This document shows positions 10,877 to 20,615 of a DNA stretch of 64,000 nucleotides, one piece after another (positions within the stretch are counted from its first letter, which is position 1; each line of letters starts with the position of its first letter). The notes under the pieces were generated by a model that did not search any database, was not told where the DNA came from, and worked only from the letters and a program-made list of their open reading frames with translations. This DNA is from Phormidium sp. (GTDB lineage: Bacteria; Cyanobacteriota; Cyanobacteriia; Cyanobacteriales; Aerosakkonemataceae): positions 1,504,001 through 1,568,000 of the forward strand of contig CP143273.1 in NCBI GenBank assembly GCA_051013385.1, given 5' to 3'. Position numbers and translations under genes: made by a program.

Positions 10877-11227
10877 TTAATGAGTACGACGACAGGGATT
10901 TTGTAACAGTTTGCCGTCTCCATCCATACTAAAATCTTGTCCGGGAATTAAACCTTTGGCAATTAACTGTTTATAGTTAGTTACTGCAATTATTCTTTTA
11001 ATTTCGCTTTTAATCTCTTTCGGAATTAGATTTTCAGCACACCAGAAAAATAAATCTACATCAAACGATAACAAACGTTCCAAACTTACCAATACTACAC
11101 CAGCGACTTCTTCTAGGCCCAGTTGTGCTTTCAGAGTTACAATCAAGTCAGAAACAATCTCTCGATGACGAGTCATCATTGCTGTAGTCAACTTAGAAAT
11201 TTCTTCTTCTAACTGGAAATAATTCAT
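10877..11227 (-). CDS. Hypothetical protein
   Basis: 116-aa ORF with normal composition and C-terminal LIAKGLIPGQDFS motif. Confidence 0.65.
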   Translation of the reverse strand: MNYFQLEEEISKLTTAMMTRHREIVSDLIVTLKAQLGLEEVAGVVLVSLERLLSFDVDLFFWCAENLIPKEIKSEIKRIIAVTNYKQLIAKGLIPGQDFSMDGDGKLLQNPCRRTH

Positions 11228-11567
11228 GCCAACAACACCTTGTTATTTACTAAATGTACAGCTTGTTCGTTAACAATTACCGTTTTGCTAAGTATACCTA
11301 AAGGTGGATATAAATATACCGGAAGTGGGATGGCAGAATATAAATTTTTTTTCAATTTTTATCGCTAGTTGATTAAATCTTTGTCAAGATGAGATAGTTT
11401 GGTTACTCTGTGGGGTACTCTAGAATAAGTTCTGATCTACTGGCTTTACTGGAGATTGCTAGATTTTGTTGGGGGAATACAACATCGCTACAAGCTCTAG
11501 GAAGGTTCGATCGTAATAAAATAGATTCAAGACTTTCTCATCTCAATAGTTGAGTGTGGTAGCAATA

Positions 11568-12365
11568 ATGAAAGCTTTATCCTTGCTTGATGAAGTCGTA
11601 AAAAATTTAGAAGCACATCAAAATTCTTTACGTATTAGAAAACTCATTTACGCAATTTGTAAAAATAAGTGGGAAAATGATGCCAATAAGTTAAATAGTA
11701 TACAATTAAAAGAACTAATACAAGAATTGCAAATAGCAAATCCAACTTTAGATTATTTGAATTTTTCTTTAGATAAAGTAGTCAAAACCTTGAATAAACC
11801 AATGGAATATGCTTTAGTAGCTGATGCGATCGCGGAACAGATGACGAGGCTTTATCCAGATACAGAGGAAGCTACCCAACAAGTTGTCAAAAGCAATCCG
11901 GTGCCAGAATATGAAGAATATAAGGCTAATTTGGGCTGGGATGAACCGCCAATCAGTTACGATCCTTTTGAGTTGCGAGTGGAAATTATGAAATATACTA
12001 ATCCACTCCGGGCGAAGATTCTGGCATATTCGATCGTTTATCATATATTCGACTTTAGTTCTCAAGATTGGTTAAGCTTAAAAACCAAAGAATTAGAGGT
12101 TTTATTGCACAAGTTATTTGAGAGATGCAAAACTTTAAAAGACTTGGAATATAACCTGCAAACAGTAGCGAAAAACTTAACCCCAACAGATGAGCATACA
12201 CAAGCAGCAGGAGCAGTTTATCAAGCAATGAAACGGTACTATGCTAACCGGGAATCAAATCAGTATCAACCAGAAAACTTTGTGATGAATTTTGATAGCG
12301 ACATTACAGATGGGAAAGATGATGAAGATGATGGTGAAGAAACTTGTCAAATTCGCCCATCTTAA
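11568..12365 (+). CDS. Hypothetical helical protein with internal duplication and acidic tail
   Basis: Long ORF; two similar halves (NSLRIRKLIYAI.. / NPLRAKILAYSI..); ATG 11568 preferred. Confidence 0.75.
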   Translation: MKALSLLDEVVKNLEAHQNSLRIRKLIYAICKNKWENDANKLNSIQLKELIQELQIANPTLDYLNFSLDKVVKTLNKPMEYALVADAIAEQMTRLYPDTEEATQQVVKSNPVPEYEEYKANLGWDEPPISYDPFELRVEIMKYTNPLRAKILAYSIVYHIFDFSSQDWLSLKTKELEVLLHKLFERCKTLKDLEYNLQTVAKNLTPTDEHTQAAGAVYQAMKRYYANRESNQYQPENFVMNFDSDITDGKDDEDDGEETCQIRPS

Positions 12366-12404
12366 AACTTGAGAAAATTTAGATGCACAATTAAACCAAC
12401 CAAT

Positions 12405-13397
12405 ATGAATCCTAACGAACTGTTAAAACGTTATGCCGCAGGTGAAACAAATTTTGTGGGAATTAATTTGCGGGGTGTCAATCTTTTTAATGCAGATTTG
12501 ATTGGCATAACTCTCACAGGTGCAGATTTAAATGGCGCTAATTTGATTTTTGCTTATTTGAGTCGGGCGCATTTACGCAAAGCTAATTTGATTCGCGCCA
12601 AACTGGATGGCGCAAACTTAAATCAGGCAAATTTAACTGCTGCTAACTTACACAATGCTGATTTACATGGCGCTAGTTTAAAAGGTGCTGATTTACGCAG
12701 TGCGGATATTACTTTAGCCAATCTTTTAGATGCTAATTTAATGGATGCAGATTTGCGGGGAACTAATTTAAGTGGTGCTAATTTAACTGGTGCTTGCTTG
12801 CGGGGGGCAAATTTTCGGGAAGAAAAGCGAATTTATACAGCGAATTTAATCGGTGCAAATTTACACAAAGCGGATTTAAGAGGGGCGAATTTAACAGGCG
12901 CTAATTTAGCGAAAGTAGATTTAAGCGGCGCTAATTTAACGGAAGCAACTTTAAGAGAAGCAGATTTAAGTGGGGCTAATTTAGCTGGGGCAAAATTGGG
13001 TAATTCTTATCTCAGCGATGCCAATTTGAGTGGGGCTAATTTAGCTGGTGCTTATATGCGAAATATCAAATTGGAACGGGCAAATTTAGCTGATGCAGAT
13101 TTGACAAATGTAGATTTACGGGAATCTTTGCTGACGGATGCTAAGATGAGTAGGGCAAAAATGAGTCGGGCAAATTTGACTCGCACGAGGTTAATTAAAG
13201 TGGATTTAAGTCGGGTAGATTTGCGGGAAGCTAACTTATCGGAAGCGGAATTAATTGAGGCTTATTTGGCAAGGGCTGACTTTTCTGGTGCGAATTTGCG
13301 AAAGGCGAATTTTGCTAGGGCGGAATTGAGTAGCGCTAATTTAATGGGTGCTGAATTACAAGGTGCTACTATGCCTGATGGTTCAATTCATGATTAG
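12405..13397 (+). CDS. Pentapeptide repeat protein
   Basis: ELLKRYAAGE N-cap, A(D/N)L repeats, GATMPDG C-cap. Confidence 0.95.
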   Translation: MNPNELLKRYAAGETNFVGINLRGVNLFNADLIGITLTGADLNGANLIFAYLSRAHLRKANLIRAKLDGANLNQANLTAANLHNADLHGASLKGADLRSADITLANLLDANLMDADLRGTNLSGANLTGACLRGANFREEKRIYTANLIGANLHKADLRGANLTGANLAKVDLSGANLTEATLREADLSGANLAGAKLGNSYLSDANLSGANLAGAYMRNIKLERANLADADLTNVDLRESLLTDAKMSRAKMSRANLTRTRLIKVDLSRVDLREANLSEAELIEAYLARADFSGANLRKANFARAELSSANLMGAELQGATMPDGSIHD

Positions 13398-13506
13398 GAG
13401 ATTTTGTCAGTAAATAATTGGTAGCAATTTTCGCTTAGTTTCAGTAATTCCACAGTTCTGAAATGTTCTTTAGGTTTGCGAAAATCAATATATTGCAACA
13501 AGCTTA

Positions 13507-13573
13507 GTAAGGGCGGGTTTTGCTAATAATTTGTTGGTTTGGAGCCAGAAATAATGGCTAAACCCGCCCCTAC
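13507..13573. repeat. 67-bp REP-like doublet
   Basis: GTAAGGGCGGGTTT ... AAACCCGCCCCTAC; same family and length as 53867-53933. Confidence 0.8.
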
Positions 13574-13615
13574 AAGAGGTGTATTAGACTATATTTACCT
13601 AAAGGATAGCTCAGA

Positions 13616-14893
13616 ATGGTTGGTAAAGATTTAGATTTATCTTCATTAGTTACCAGAATTGAAAACTTAGAACAACAGCAAAATGCTATCAAGCAATATC
13701 TGACAGAATTGAAAGGTGTTTTAGATAGTCTGAGTGAGGAATTCAAAAACAGACCTGAACTAGAACAGTTAGCAAGTTTACAAGCAGAAGTTGCCAATTT
13801 AGTAGCAGGAAATTTTTCTCAAGAACCTGTAATTAATCATAGTTCAAGTAACGAACAAAAACTAAACGTTCCTTCACAAAATCTATCTGATGAGGAGCTT
13901 TTAAATCAATTCTTCGATCGAGTTGAGCGACAAATACGAGAGGAAGAAAATAAAGCTACAAAGGTTCAACCTGCAAGTAATTCAAACGTTGCACCAGTTG
14001 CTAGTCCTATAAAAATTACTAATGTGGAATCAACCGAAAATCAAAATACTGGTGATTCTACTGAAGTTGAGGAAGAACCTACTTTCAGCGTTAAGGAACT
14101 TCTGAAGAGATATGACCAAGGAGAACGAAATTTTATAGGGGTTAATTTAGCGAAACTCGATTTCAGCGGAAAAAACCTCTATGAAATTAATCTAAATGAG
14201 GCTAATTTGCCAGGAATAAACCTTTGCGAAGCTGAACTAAGTTACGCAAATTTGGTTGAAGCTAACTTACAAGATGCCAATCTAAGTAAGGCAGTTTTAG
14301 ATTCTGCCAAACTCCTGAATGCTAATCTAAATAAAGCAAACTTAGAGGGAGCAAGACTATACCATGCCAACTTAACCACAGCAAATTTAAGTGGCTCAAG
14401 CTTAATTCAAGCAGACTTAACTTATGCTAACTTAACCACAGCAAATTTAAGTGGCTCAAACTTAATTCAAGCAGACTTAACTTATGCTAACTTAACCACA
14501 GCGGACTTAAAGGGAGCTAACTTAAATAGTGCTATCTTAAGCAATGCTAATCTGATGGGAGCAGATTTGAGTCAAGCGAAGTTAAAACACATAGATTTGT
14601 ATTCAGCTAACTTAATTGGCGCTAATTTAACGGGAGCAAATTTAATTGGAGCAAACATTGTAGAAGCTAACTTGAGTGGACAAAATTTGAGTGGTCTTAA
14701 TCTTTGTGGAGTTAATTTATCAGAAAGTAATTTGAGTGAAGCAGATTTAAGTTCAGCAGACTTGCGTGGCGCAAATTTAGAGGGTGCTAATTTAGAAAAA
14801 GCTAACCTCAAAGATGCGAAACTTAGTGGCGCAAATTTGGAAAACGCAAAGCTGGCAGGTGCTACAATGCCTGATGGTACAACTCATGAATAA
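13616..14893 (+). CDS. Pentapeptide repeat protein with N-terminal coiled coil
   Basis: Heptad-rich N-terminus, ELLKRYDQGER cap, pentapeptide repeats, GATMPDG end. Confidence 0.93.
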   Translation: MVGKDLDLSSLVTRIENLEQQQNAIKQYLTELKGVLDSLSEEFKNRPELEQLASLQAEVANLVAGNFSQEPVINHSSSNEQKLNVPSQNLSDEELLNQFFDRVERQIREEENKATKVQPASNSNVAPVASPIKITNVESTENQNTGDSTEVEEEPTFSVKELLKRYDQGERNFIGVNLAKLDFSGKNLYEINLNEANLPGINLCEAELSYANLVEANLQDANLSKAVLDSAKLLNANLNKANLEGARLYHANLTTANLSGSSLIQADLTYANLTTANLSGSNLIQADLTYANLTTADLKGANLNSAILSNANLMGADLSQAKLKHIDLYSANLIGANLTGANLIGANIVEANLSGQNLSGLNLCGVNLSESNLSEADLSSADLRGANLEGANLEKANLKDAKLSGANLENAKLAGATMPDGTTHE

Positions 14894-14974
14894 AGGAATT
14901 TTTAATTGAAATTTGTTCGGTTTTTCAAGCTGATGAAGTTGTTACTTTGTTAGCTTTGATGCTTATCCGAAACC

Positions 14975-15487
14975 CTAGTTAGTCGCCTTAAAGCCATCAT
15001 GAAACACAATAACTCCCTTGGGAATTTTTTGGGTAAAGGGCAAAATCAGAAAAAATTCTTGGGGAATTCCTTCATAAATTAACTCTGGATAATTCTTGAA
15101 ACCAAAACGCTGGTAATAATTGGGATCTCCTACAAGGGCACAGCCTTGGGCTCCCATATTTTTTAACAAAGACAACCCTTCATTTATAAGCGCTTTCCCA
15201 ATCCCCTGCCTTTGATAATCCGGCAGTACTGAAATTGGGCCGAGTCCATACCAATCTGCGGTATCATCTGATATTGTTACTGGTGAAAAAGCAATATGAC
15301 CTACGACTTTGCGATCGATCTCCGCAACCAAAGAGATAGTCAGCGCACCAGCAGCACGCAAGGCGTGTATTATAAATTGCTCCGTATGGTTGCTAATCGG
15401 ATGATTTTTAAAAGCGGCTATTGTAACTTCTGTAATTACTTCAATATCCGTATCTGTTTCGTTTCTGATAATCACTTTAACCTCCAC
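14975..15487 (-). CDS. GNAT N-acetyltransferase (YhbS-like)
   Basis: VVGHIAFSPV, LGPISVLPDYQRQGIG, VGDPNYYQRFGF. Confidence 0.92.
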   Translation of the reverse strand: MEVKVIIRNETDTDIEVITEVTIAAFKNHPISNHTEQFIIHALRAAGALTISLVAEIDRKVVGHIAFSPVTISDDTADWYGLGPISVLPDYQRQGIGKALINEGLSLLKNMGAQGCALVGDPNYYQRFGFKNYPELIYEGIPQEFFLILPFTQKIPKGVIVFHDGFKATN

Positions 15488-15582
15488 AAATCATTATATT
15501 ATTCATCTGATGGCTAACTAAGCTGACACACATCAGGCTAAGAGAGCGTTACACTAGGTTATTGGTAGACAAGCTGGGAATT

Positions 15583-17502
15583 ATGACTATTTTTACATTG
15601 CGATCGCTAAAAAAAGACTTCGGCATCAAAGAAATTCTCAAAGATGGCAGTTTTAGTTTAGATGAGGGTGATAAAGTTGGGCTAATTGGCACTAATGGTT
15701 CGGGAAAATCCACTTTATTGAAAATGATCGCAGGTTTAGAACCAATTGATAGTGGCGAAATTTGGGTTAATTCGGGTTCTAAAATTGTCTACCTACCTCA
15801 ACAGCCAGATTTAGATGAAAATCACACGGTTTTAGAGCAGGTTTTTGCTGATAGTGGCGAACAAATGGCGTTAGTGCGGGAATATGAAGAAATTTCCGAT
15901 AAACTTGCTCATGGACAGGTCGATCATGACAAATTAATGTCGCGTTTGTCTAGTGTTTCGCAACGCATGGAAGAGGTAGGCGCGTGGGAATTGGAAACGA
16001 ATGCGAAAGTGATTTTAAGTAAGTTGGGAATTGAAGATTTTGATGCAAAAGTTGGCGATTTGTCTGGCGGTTATCGGAAAAGAATTGCTTTAGCGACGGC
16101 GCTTTTATCGGAACCGGATGTGTTATTAATGGATGAACCAACGAACCATTTAGATGCACTTTCGGTGGAGTGGTTACAAAGTTATTTAAATCGGTTTCGC
16201 GGTGCTTTGTTGTTGATTACGCACGATCGCTATTTCTTGGATAAAGTAACTAATCGGATTATTGAGATCGATCGCGCTGACCTTTATACTTATTCTGGTA
16301 ACTACGCATATTATTTAGAGAAAAAAGCTGAATCTGAAGAATCAGCTATTAGTAGTCAGCGCAAACACGCAGGAGTTTTACGCCGGGAATTAGAATGGTT
16401 AAAAAGAGGGCCAAAAGCACGCAGTACGAAACAAAAAGCACGGATCGATCGCGTTCGAGAAATGCAAGCGCAAGAGTTCAAACAAACGCAAGGAAAAGTC
16501 GAAATCTCTACGGTTGGGCGACGAATTGGGAAGAAAGTAATTGAACTAAAAGAAATTTGCAAAAGTTATGGCGATCGCACTTTAATCAAAGATTTTACCT
16601 ATAATTTTAATCCCGAAGATCGCATCGGAATTATTGGAAGTAACGGCGCAGGAAAATCCACGTTAATGGATATAATTACCGGAAAAGTGCAACCAGATTC
16701 GGGAACTGTCGAAATTGGTTCAACGATTCACATTGGTTATTTCGATCAACACTCAGATGATGTAAATATAAACGAAGAACAACGAGTAATTGATTACTTA
16801 AAAAATATCGCTGAACTCGTGGAAACTTCCGATGGAAGTGTAATTACTGCTTCGCAAATGTTAGAGAGGTTTCTGTTTCCGCCGAATCAACAATATGCGC
16901 CAATTAGTAAACTTTCCGGTGGGGAAAGACGGCGCTTGTTTTTATTAAAAGTGTTGATGAGTGCGCCAAATGTGTTAATTTTAGATGAACCAACAAATGA
17001 TTTAGATGTGCAAACTTTAGGAGTTTTAGAAGATTATTTGGAAGATTTTAATGGTTGTGTAATTGTGGTTTCGCACGATCGCTATTTTCTCGATCGCACC
17101 GTTGACATGATTTTTGCTTTTGAAGCAGGGGGAAATTTACGTTTATATCCCGGAAATTATTCAGTTTATTTAGATTATAAAGCCGCCGCAGAAACCGACG
17201 AAAAAGAAACCAAAAAAACCAAAGAAGTTTCTGAGTCTAACAATCAAAAATCTAAAGACGAAACTCCAAAATCCGATCAACCTCGGAAACTCTCTTTTAA
17301 AGAAAAGCGAGAATACGAAGAACTAGAAAATAAAATTCCTGAAATGGAAGCCGAAAAAGAAGCAGTTGAAAAAACTCTTTACAACAATCCTCCCAGTGAT
17401 TTTAATGAAGTACAAAAGTTAACCGATAAGTTAGCGGAGTTGACGGAAGCGATCGATTCTGCTACTGAAAGATGGTTAGAATTAGCAGAAAGAGTAAGTT
17501 AA
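15583..17502 (+). CDS. ABC-F family ATPase (Uup-like)
   Basis: Two ABC cassettes (GSGKST/GAGKST, LSGG, DEPTN), no TM segments, C-terminal KLSFKEKRE coiled domain. Confidence 0.93.
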   Translation: MTIFTLRSLKKDFGIKEILKDGSFSLDEGDKVGLIGTNGSGKSTLLKMIAGLEPIDSGEIWVNSGSKIVYLPQQPDLDENHTVLEQVFADSGEQMALVREYEEISDKLAHGQVDHDKLMSRLSSVSQRMEEVGAWELETNAKVILSKLGIEDFDAKVGDLSGGYRKRIALATALLSEPDVLLMDEPTNHLDALSVEWLQSYLNRFRGALLLITHDRYFLDKVTNRIIEIDRADLYTYSGNYAYYLEKKAESEESAISSQRKHAGVLRRELEWLKRGPKARSTKQKARIDRVREMQAQEFKQTQGKVEISTVGRRIGKKVIELKEICKSYGDRTLIKDFTYNFNPEDRIGIIGSNGAGKSTLMDIITGKVQPDSGTVEIGSTIHIGYFDQHSDDVNINEEQRVIDYLKNIAELVETSDGSVITASQMLERFLFPPNQQYAPISKLSGGERRRLFLLKVLMSAPNVLILDEPTNDLDVQTLGVLEDYLEDFNGCVIVVSHDRYFLDRTVDMIFAFEAGGNLRLYPGNYSVYLDYKAAAETDEKETKKTKEVSESNNQKSKDETPKSDQPRKLSFKEKREYEELENKIPEMEAEKEAVEKTLYNNPPSDFNEVQKLTDKLAELTEAIDSATERWLELAERVS

Positions 17503-17520
17503 TTGTTGGTTGTAAGGCTT

Positions 17521-17692
17521 TTTTTTGAACCGCAGAGACGCAGAGGACGCAGAGAGAAGAGAAGGAGGAGTTTATAATTTAAAAAAGAAACAACTGAAGT
17601 TGTTTCTACCAACTAACAATTCTCTTTCATTTCTGAAAGTAACCTCTCTAAACTCTTCCTCTGCGCTCTCTGCGTCTCTGCGGTTCAAAAAA
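17521..17692. repeat. Long inverted-repeat element between convergent genes
   Basis: 25-bp perfect arms TTTTTTGAACCGCAGAGACGCAGAG / CTCTGCGTCTCTGCGGTTCAAAAAA. Confidence 0.85.
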
Positions 17693-17703
17693 TTTCCCAT
17701 TAT

Positions 17704-20526
17704 CTAACGTTGAACAGAATTTTGCCTTTTCAAAACAATTCTTTCCCCATAATTCAGCAACCTTTCCAAACTAGCTAAACGATTATTCCAAGTTTGTACC
17801 TGATAGTTATTTTTCATCGAATGTAATCGCATCCAACCACTAAATTGAAAGCGAAACAGTGTTAAAGCTTTCTTCGCCGCATCAAAATTACTCGCATTTG
17901 GTTTTTCAGCTAACCGATTGAATACTTTTAAAAGTTCCGCGCTTTGGGTGTTATATTGCGATCGATCTGACGGCGACATCAACAATTGATTTGAACTTAA
18001 CAAAAAGTTCCATTCTCGCTGAAGAATTGTTACCCGATTTGCTGCTGCTGCAAAAGGTTGACGCAAAGGGAATGGTTCTTTATTATCCCGTCTAACAGTT
18101 GCTTGAGTGCGGTTAAAAATTAAGAGCAAACTATTACTCAAATGCTCCATTGCAAACAAAGCATAACCGCCATTGGGGGAATCTCTGACTAATTGAATTT
18201 GATCGATCGCACTCAATTCTGGTAAATTTAAAAGTAAAATTCCCGGTAAAACTAAAGTTCCACCCAAACTATCATTAACTAACCAAGGTTGCGCCAATTC
18301 TTGAAAACGATTCGTATCTTGAGCATAAGCCATTGGTAAAATTAAATCCACATCACCTCGCCGCGCCCAAACTTCCCAATGTTGCTGCAAACTTTGAATT
18401 CTTTGGGCTTCGGGATAGCCAAAAACCGCCACCGATAAAATTAAATCAGAGCGTTTTTGGCGTAACATTTGGGCAACTTCCGCGACAAAAGAATTAACTT
18501 GCTCAGTGCGAAACTCAGTCCATTTTTGCCAAAGCGGACTATTAGGAGTAATATTAATTGGATCGACACCAGTTAATTGTTGAAATTGCTGTCTTGCTGC
18601 TCCCCCATAACCATAAATAAATCCCCTTTGGGGATCTTGAAATGGGTAACGAATGTAATCTAATTGCAAACCATCTACTTTATAGCGGCTAACAATTTCC
18701 TCAAATAACTTTAGTAAATAACGTCTTGCTTCGGGATTTGCTGGGTCTAAAAATGGCTTAGTTTGTCCTACCGGAATAATGTTACCTTGGCGATCGTAAT
18801 TTGCCCAACCTGGATTAGCTGTTAATACAGGGCCAAGATAGTCTTGTGGTTGATTTAAAATGGTATTGTGGCGTTGATTCCCGATCGCAAAAGTCCAAAC
18901 CCAAGCGTGTAACTCCATCCCCCGTTCATGTGCCAATTTAACCGCCGCTTCCAACGGGTCCCAACCTTTAGTTAAAGGGTTTTGTTCCGGTGCAACTTGA
19001 CTCGGATAAATCGGATAACCAGCATTAACAACTTCAAAGAAAACTGTATTAATTCCTGCTTGTGCTAAACGATCAAAAACCTTAGCTAAACCCTGTTCTG
19101 AACCAGCTTGAATAATCGTACCTCTATCTAACCAAATTGCCCGAATTTCGGATTTTTCCACCAAGCGATCGAGCGGGTACAAATTCCACAAATTAGCCCT
19201 GGTTTTTAACCATTGACTTCGCGCATTACCATAGTCTCGATTAGCAATTAATCCCGGCAAAGATTGCAAAACTTCTCGCGCTTGTTGTAGCGTATTCGCT
19301 GCTGATAATTGATTATTAGTTAACCCAGTAGCAGCAACCGTAGTCGCAGTATTTGTAACTTGCCCCTCTGCAATTCTTACTGAATTATTAGCAGCATTAG
19401 CAGTTAACAAAGCACTCTCCACCCTACCAATTAAATTTTCTAACTCTTGGCGCATGGCGATCGCCTCCGACGGCGAAATCGCCTCCCCCCCAGGCGCAAC
19501 CCGAATCCCCGCCGCCGCAACCCTTTCCGTAGGGTCAGGCATTGGCGGTTGGGGATTGGTGACTGGCGACTGGGGACTGGGAACTACTGGAACTACTAGA
19601 GATTGAGGATTGGTGACTGGCGACTGGCGGCTGGGAACTACTGGAACTACTAGAGATTGAGGATTGGTGACTGGCGACTGGGGACTGGCGACTGGCGTTG
19701 GCGGATTGGGAACCTGACGAGTTGCCGGAGTCACAACAGACACCTCCCCTCTGCTCCTCTGCTCCCCTGCCCCTCTGCCCCCCTGCACCACAGGCGCAAC
19801 CGCAACTGGCACGGCATTAGGAGAAACACAATTTCCCACAGTAGCGGTAGATACACCACTTACAGATTTAACACCGTAGCGATTCAGGGCTGATTTCAGC
19901 CAAGCTAAATCTGTTTGGACATTTGCCACCGCATCCACACCCCAGCGCCAACCGAAAAAAGTTGTTTGGTTAGTATTGACAACTGCTGGAGGACTATCCT
20001 TAACTGACCAAGTAGCGGCAGTTTGACTCCCCAAAGTTGTGGGAATCACTACTCCCCCGTGAACCGTGCCCCGAAGCGAGGATTCAGAATCTTTTTGCTG
20101 ACCTGTTCTACTAGGTTTCAACGTCGAAGGTTCCGAAAGCGGAAAAGCCCAATAAGCGCCCAAAACACCGCGCAACATTTGGCGCACTTCTGGCGCAGAA
20201 AGATTACCAGCAGGCCCACTAACAATTAAGCGACCGCCTTTTTTCATCCATTCCGTAAGTGCGATCGCCTGTTGTGGTGATAAACTTTCCACATTCGGCA
20301 AAAATAGCACCTTCGTCCCCCTCAAATCAGTAGCTTGCTGCACGCTTTGCAAATCCACCACACAATAAGCCACACCACTCTGATTCAACCGATTAGTAAT
20401 CCCCATCCATTGCGTAGCATTATCCCCACTCCGCACCACGCCTAAACTCACACCTTCCGCCAAAGCAGCAGAAGAGAAAAGGCACAAGGCAGAAGGCACA
20501 AGGCAGAAGGAAAGAAATTTCCTCAC
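17704..20526 (-). CDS. Secreted GHL10 (family 10 glycosylhydrolase-like) protein
   Basis: Signal peptide; EIRAIWLD, GINTVF, AHERGMELHAW, FLDPANP, VDGLQLDYIRYP. Confidence 0.88.
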   Translation of the reverse strand: MRKFLSFCLVPSALCLFSSAALAEGVSLGVVRSGDNATQWMGITNRLNQSGVAYCVVDLQSVQQATDLRGTKVLFLPNVESLSPQQAIALTEWMKKGGRLIVSGPAGNLSAPEVRQMLRGVLGAYWAFPLSEPSTLKPSRTGQQKDSESSLRGTVHGGVVIPTTLGSQTAATWSVKDSPPAVVNTNQTTFFGWRWGVDAVANVQTDLAWLKSALNRYGVKSVSGVSTATVGNCVSPNAVPVAVAPVVQGGRGAGEQRSRGEVSVVTPATRQVPNPPTPVASPQSPVTNPQSLVVPVVPSRQSPVTNPQSLVVPVVPSPQSPVTNPQPPMPDPTERVAAAGIRVAPGGEAISPSEAIAMRQELENLIGRVESALLTANAANNSVRIAEGQVTNTATTVAATGLTNNQLSAANTLQQAREVLQSLPGLIANRDYGNARSQWLKTRANLWNLYPLDRLVEKSEIRAIWLDRGTIIQAGSEQGLAKVFDRLAQAGINTVFFEVVNAGYPIYPSQVAPEQNPLTKGWDPLEAAVKLAHERGMELHAWVWTFAIGNQRHNTILNQPQDYLGPVLTANPGWANYDRQGNIIPVGQTKPFLDPANPEARRYLLKLFEEIVSRYKVDGLQLDYIRYPFQDPQRGFIYGYGGAARQQFQQLTGVDPINITPNSPLWQKWTEFRTEQVNSFVAEVAQMLRQKRSDLILSVAVFGYPEAQRIQSLQQHWEVWARRGDVDLILPMAYAQDTNRFQELAQPWLVNDSLGGTLVLPGILLLNLPELSAIDQIQLVRDSPNGGYALFAMEHLSNSLLLIFNRTQATVRRDNKEPFPLRQPFAAAANRVTILQREWNFLLSSNQLLMSPSDRSQYNTQSAELLKVFNRLAEKPNASNFDAAKKALTLFRFQFSGWMRLHSMKNNYQVQTWNNRLASLERLLNYGERIVLKRQNSVQR

Positions 20527-20615
20527 ATTTAACTCCTCACAGTAAATCAGTCATTAATCATTTAAAGTAACTAATAACAAATGACCAATGACAAATGACC
20601 AATGACCAATAACTA

